Source: Candidatus Latescibacterota bacterium
GTDB taxonomy: Bacteria; Latescibacterota; UBA2968; GCA-2709665
DNA: 64,000 nucleotides
Reading direction: 5' to 3'
NCBI GenBank assembly: GCA_965237675.1
Contig: OZ250150.1
Span: forward strand, 3,936,001-4,000,000
Part shown: positions 59,830 to 64,000 of the stretch, one piece after another
Position numbering within the stretch: position 1 is the stretch's first letter
Layout: each line of letters opens with the position of its first letter
Translations under genes and position numbers: made by a program
Notes under the pieces: generated by a model
What the model saw: only the letters and a program-made list of their open reading frames with translations
What the model was told of the DNA's origin: nothing
The model's database searches: none

Positions 59830-62800
59830 GTGGATGATGCAAAGCCGCCCATCCTCCCGCATTTCGATGACCAGTCCGGCGAGATCATCGTCAGAGATTC
59901 CGCTGCGCAATTGGCGGTTCAGCGTATCCACCGCGGATTGGCGCAGCGGATATCGGTATATCTCGCCCACTGTCCTGCGAAGTTGTTCTGTATCGAAGAG
60001 TGTGCCCTCGACCCTCTCGGCGTGATTCTTAAGCCGTTCATAGGTGCGGAAGCGCGCACCCGAGGGTCGTCCCAGTTGGCCGCCGACCTGTTTCTCCTCC
60101 TTAGCTATGCGTTCAGCGGCTTTTCGTACAAGATCGTGATGGGTTTCGTGCCGGGGAAGCGCCGGTGTATTCGGTTTGCATTCGGCGGCCCGGAGAATCT
60201 CGAATTGGCTTTCGGTGACGCTGCCCCCTTCGCGATCCATCCACGCGAGGGCATCGTTGCCCTGTGATGTACGCATGTATACAAGAACACCGTCCTCCCG
60301 GTCCTGTGTATGTACGCCGGATTTGGAGGAATGGACGACGTGAGGCATCTCCTCCACCTTTTTCTTCAGCGGCGGATCGGCAGTCGTGGCGTTTCTCCAG
60401 ATCTGGTAGGCATACGACGCAAGATCCACCTCGGAATCGTCATCGCCATCGAGGACTCCGGTCTGTTCGTTATATAGATCGACCACCGCAAGAGTGTCCT
60501 CGTCCTCAAAAAAGGCTTCGTCGGTTCCCACCACTTCGGCGTTCTGTTCGAGGCGTTGCCGTACCCGGGCTCGCAGCCGAATCAGACGTTCGATGCCCTC
60601 CGCGGGTAGGAAGGAATAGCAGAGGATGTTCGGCGCCGATTGACCGATGCGGTCCACGCGTCCGGCTCTTTGGATCAGCCGGATAATCGCCCACGGCAGG
60701 TCGTAATTTACGACAATGGCGCAGTCCTGAAGGTTCTGTCCCTCGCTCAACACATCCGTGGCAACCAGCACCCGGAGTTCCTCCTCCGGCGCGATCTGCC
60801 CGCCTTTCTCGTTGCTCTTGGGACTGAACCGCCAGGCCAACCGCGTGGGATCCGTGGAGTCGCCAGTAACGCCGGACAGCCGTTCGACGCCTCCACCCTT
60901 TAGCTGACGTTCCAGGTATTGCACGGTGTCGGCGAACTGAGTAAAGACCAGAACCTTCTCGCGTGGATGTCTATCCCCAAGGATCTTTTGCAAAGCGGCA
61001 AGCTTGGCGTCGAGTGACGGAATCCATTCACCGAATTCCTCCAACATTTCTCGTAACGTTCTCGCATCCGTCACCAGGGCTTCCCGAAGAGTCTCGTCGA
61101 AATGACGCGGGCTCAGCCAGCGAAATCGCCTTCTGTATCGTTCGCGGTAGGCATCGTAGACTTGTGTGGCGTGCCGCCGGAAGTCTTCTTCGGTTCTCAG
61201 AACGTGCTGTGTCTGAACTTCGCCGTCTCCGTCCTCTTCTTCTTCGAAAATGTCGCCGGCAGCGCCGTCCGGATCCGCGTCGAAAGATTGAGGGTCCAGA
61301 AGCCCTGCGTCGGTTGTCCCGATCGGTAAATCCAGACCGTTTTCGATGGCATGGATAAAGATGAAATTTCTCAGCACATGTCGCTCAACCGAGAGCTGGA
61401 ACGAATGACCGCTGCTTTCAAGGCGTTTGAACAGGTTGGTACGGCAGAACCCCATGAGGCGCCTGCCGGCGCGCGACAGGTCTTGCAGGATCCGGTCCTC
61501 AGTCGACGATGGCGGCGGATCGGCCGCGGAGGTCAAGTAGTTTGCCAGACCGTAACGCGGGAGCTCCAACCCATTGATCGCGGATACAACGTTTTCGTCA
61601 AAGAGCCGAGCATATTGTTTGTCGATATTGAAACCGACGGTTCTGGGAACGCGGACGGGAAAATAGGATCGGGTACCGTCCTCAAATGTCAGATACTTGC
61701 GGCCCTTGGCCGGATCCATCTCGGCATAGTTTTCCTGGATGAAGCTGCGCGTGCGTCGTACAAGGTAGAGTCGCATCAATTCACGCCAGTCGTCGGTATA
61801 TTCCGAATGGTCGAATGCCGCAAGCGACCGGACAGATGCCTGGTGGCGACGAATGAACTCGGTTTCGCCGATCTCTCGCAACAGGCGTTCGGGACGAATG
61901 CCCAGGTCTTCATTGTCAGAAACAAACAATCGGATCTGGTTTGAGAGATCCTGGTACGTCTTGTTATATGGCGTAGCCGAAAGCAGGATGCACTTGCTTT
62001 CATTCTCCGCGATGTATTCCTGGATTGCCCGGTATCGCTTGCCCTCACGGTTCCTTAGATTATGACTCTCGTCAATCACCACGAGGCGATACCGGCGCAT
62101 GTCGGGAAGTTCCCGGGTCGCGCGGCTGATCGAAAGAACCCGGGCGCGCATCCGATACTCTTCGCGATAATCCTCCCACATCGGCACCAGGTTCTTTGGG
62201 CAGATAATCAGCGTTTCAACCCCATAATCGTCTTCAAACACCCGCGCCAAAGCCGTGGCCATCAGCGTTTTACCGAGCCCCACCACATCGCCGATAATGA
62301 CGCCGCCGCGTTTGTTCAGGTGATGTGCGGCGATCTTCACGGCGGCCACCTGGAAGTCGAGAAGCTTATTCCCGAAATCTCTCGGTATACGGAATTCCGT
62401 CAGACCCGCTCGGGCTTCCTGCGACAGGTGATAAGCCATCTTCACGTAAATATGGTACGGTGGGATCAACCGCGGCCCCGCCCAACTCTCATCGATGATT
62501 TGTGCCAGTTCCTCGGATATATCGACGCACCAACGGTCGGACCACCGATCTTCAAACCATTTTTCGAGCTTAGTGCAGGCATCGTGATCCATCACGTCGA
62601 CGTTCAACTCTCCCTGCCCGGAAAGGCCGGATTGGGTAAGATTGCTACTGCCCAGGTACCCCACTTTAGGGTTGATGGGATCCGAGCGGAACAGCATGTA
62701 GAGCTTTGCATGAAGCGGATGCCTGAGGAAGAGCTTTACGACTACCTTTTTCGTCTTGATCTGCATTGACAACCTGCGGAGGCCGGCCTCGTCCGCGTTG

Positions 62801-63126
62801 CTGGGCGCCCCCGTGGCCAATTGGTCTCTGAATTCCTCGGCCAGACGTTTCTTCAGCCGAATGGCGGTCTGATTATCGAGTTTCCCATCCTGCGCAGTGA
62901 GACTCCTGGCGACTCGAAACTCCTCGTGCGGCAAGCGATGCATGCCCACCAGCAGGCGGCAGCAATGTCCCTCCCCACCCTTCCATCTCTCGACATATTC
63001 GTCGATCTTCCGCCATCCACGCAGGTTGAAATAACCCACGCAGAAATCCGCGCGATAAGACACCTCCATAGTCTCCTGGAGCGCAGGAAGAAGTGGCTGC
63101 TCGATATTGTCGAAAATACGTGGCAT
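59743..63126 (-). CDS. PLD nuclease-SNF2/SF2 helicase fusion (restriction-like)
   Basis: N-terminal HAKLY...GSSNLT...GELN; GDVVGLGKT; DESH; SATP; SEGQNLQ; QRAGRVDRIG. Confidence 0.9.
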   Translation of the reverse strand: MPRIFDNIEQPLLPALQETMEVSYRADFCVGYFNLRGWRKIDEYVERWKGGEGHCCRLLVGMHRLPHEEFRVARSLTAQDGKLDNQTAIRLKKRLAEEFRDQLATGAPSNADEAGLRRLSMQIKTKKVVVKLFLRHPLHAKLYMLFRSDPINPKVGYLGSSNLTQSGLSGQGELNVDVMDHDACTKLEKWFEDRWSDRWCVDISEELAQIIDESWAGPRLIPPYHIYVKMAYHLSQEARAGLTEFRIPRDFGNKLLDFQVAAVKIAAHHLNKRGGVIIGDVVGLGKTLMATALARVFEDDYGVETLIICPKNLVPMWEDYREEYRMRARVLSISRATRELPDMRRYRLVVIDESHNLRNREGKRYRAIQEYIAENESKCILLSATPYNKTYQDLSNQIRLFVSDNEDLGIRPERLLREIGETEFIRRHQASVRSLAAFDHSEYTDDWRELMRLYLVRRTRSFIQENYAEMDPAKGRKYLTFEDGTRSYFPVRVPRTVGFNIDKQYARLFDENVVSAINGLELPRYGLANYLTSAADPPPSSTEDRILQDLSRAGRRLMGFCRTNLFKRLESSGHSFQLSVERHVLRNFIFIHAIENGLDLPIGTTDAGLLDPQSFDADPDGAAGDIFEEEEDGDGEVQTQHVLRTEEDFRRHATQVYDAYRERYRRRFRWLSPRHFDETLREALVTDARTLREMLEEFGEWIPSLDAKLAALQKILGDRHPREKVLVFTQFADTVQYLERQLKGGGVERLSGVTGDSTDPTRLAWRFSPKSNEKGGQIAPEEELRVLVATDVLSEGQNLQDCAIVVNYDLPWAIIRLIQRAGRVDRIGQSAPNILCYSFLPAEGIERLIRLRARVRQRLEQNAEVVGTDEAFFEDEDTLAVVDLYNEQTGVLDGDDDSEVDLASYAYQIWRNATTADPPLKKKVEEMPHVVHSSKSGVHTQDREDGVLVYMRTSQGNDALAWMDREGGSVTESQFEILRAAECKPNTPALPRHETHHDLVRKAAERIAKEEKQVGGQLGRPSGARFRTYERLKNHAERVEGTLFDTEQLRRTVGEIYRYPLRQSAVDTLNRQLRSGISDDDLAGLVIEMREDGRLCIIHGEDEPDEPRIICSMGLINYESREKTRNV

Positions 63127-63189
63127 CAGGGAATCTCTCTACAGACTGAGGTCGGAACTGAATTTACCAGCACGGATTCGGCAATACCA

Positions 63190-63218
63190 GATATAGGCAA
63201 GTATCGCCAACCTGTCAA
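63190..63218 (-). promoter_or_regulatory. Putative sigma70 promoter of the helicase-methyltransferase operon
   Basis: TTGACA-17 bp-TATATC, about 60 bp upstream of the ATG. Confidence 0.6.
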
Positions 63219-63559
63219 CCGGCCAGTGATACGTCCTCCAACTAAATTAACCATTATTTCGTTGATAACAATGTACTTATGGTCTATCGTGACCGTTTCC
63301 CACATGGTCGGGCGTCCATACGTGCTGCTATTAATTGCGTCGGATGAACGCTGGCCCAGACTAACCATCCGTGTTGTGCAAAATAAAACAGCCATCCAAA
63401 TCGAATTTGGGTGACTGTTGACTACCCTGGAATATCCAAACAATCCAATTTGCTCGTGGTGCGAGGGCTGAATGCCTGAAAACAGTCTACTGAAGCGATC
63501 AATACAATGAATGGAAAAGCGTTCAATCGATCTGTAGATCCCTGGTAACAACAAGATCG

Positions 63560-64000
63560 TTAGCCACTATCGCGTCGTTTCAGGAATTGGATTCCTGAAT
63601 CACTTATCTCCCAGACTCCATGAGGGCTGTCCTTGCGCATTAACCCTCTCTCTTTCAACACATTTCGTGCCCAGGCTGCAGAGTTTTTCAAGCGTGGTAT
63701 ACCTGGAGTAGAGGCGAGGGGTTCGAAGTCAACATCCTGCAACATATCCTTCATTCGTTGGAGGACGCGCTCAAGAACCTCCGACTTTCGCGCCGATCCA
63801 CCCAACTCTCTTAGGGCTTCCAGGATCGGACGATGGTATCGATCCTCGGGAGTTCGTACCCCCGGTTCGAGACCGCCGCCATTAGTGGTCGTCCCCCCTC
63901 CCGGGATCAGTGTCTTCCACTCATTCTTAATCGTCTCGATCCTATCACGGAGGCTTTTCAACTTTTCCGCACGTTTAAGGGCATCTCTGGCCCTCACGTG
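63560..64000 (-). CDS. Mrr N-terminal winged-helix domain protein (5'-truncated by window edge)
   Basis: YHRPILEALRELGGSA...AWARNVL...SPHGVWEI. Confidence 0.8.
   Translation of the reverse strand, partial: HVRARDALKRAEKLKSLRDRIETIKNEWKTLIPGGGTTTNGGGLEPGVRTPEDRYHRPILEALRELGGSARKSEVLERVLQRMKDMLQDVDFEPLASTPGIPRLKNSAAWARNVLKERGLMRKDSPHGVWEISDSGIQFLKRRDSG

Noticed and set aside
63126-63554. 142-aa ORF upstream of the helicase
   Set aside because: No motifs and atypical composition; it overlaps the helicase promoter and is probably intergenic.

Overview
High-GC bacterial chromosome segment; the lineage cannot be determined from sequence alone. It very probably spans the replication terminus: a Xer dif site sits at 26460-26487, and genes run mostly + before it and mostly - after it. 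From left to right: (1) an operon with an ABC-permease/M1-peptidase-like protein, an RND adaptor, an RND permease, an RND permease fused to an ABC ATPase, and an ABC-2 permease; (2) an AT-rich AAA_21 ATPase + TOPRIM/DUF4276-like pair; (3) a CdaA-YbbR diadenylate cyclase, a TPR protein and a large lyase/beta-propeller-like protein; (4) nested mobile elements: group II intron A sits inside an IS1380-like terminal repeat, an IS1380 element interrupts A's RT gene, and an ORF-deleted group II intron B sits inside A's catalytic domain V; (5) dif, flanked by two hypothetical genes; (6) housekeeping genes gcvT, leuS, asnS, pnp, rpsO, ribF, truB, rbfA, DUF503, infB, nusA, rimP, MerR, der and DUF512, with two copies of a 187-bp MITE at stop codons; (7) a defence/toxin-antitoxin island with mostly orphan antitoxins, a 1222-aa PIN protein, an HNH nuclease, a type IIG-like methyltransferase, a repeat-flanked GxxExxY gene, a PLD-SNF2 helicase and an Mrr_N protein. 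All family assignments come from motifs recognised by eye; no database searches were run.
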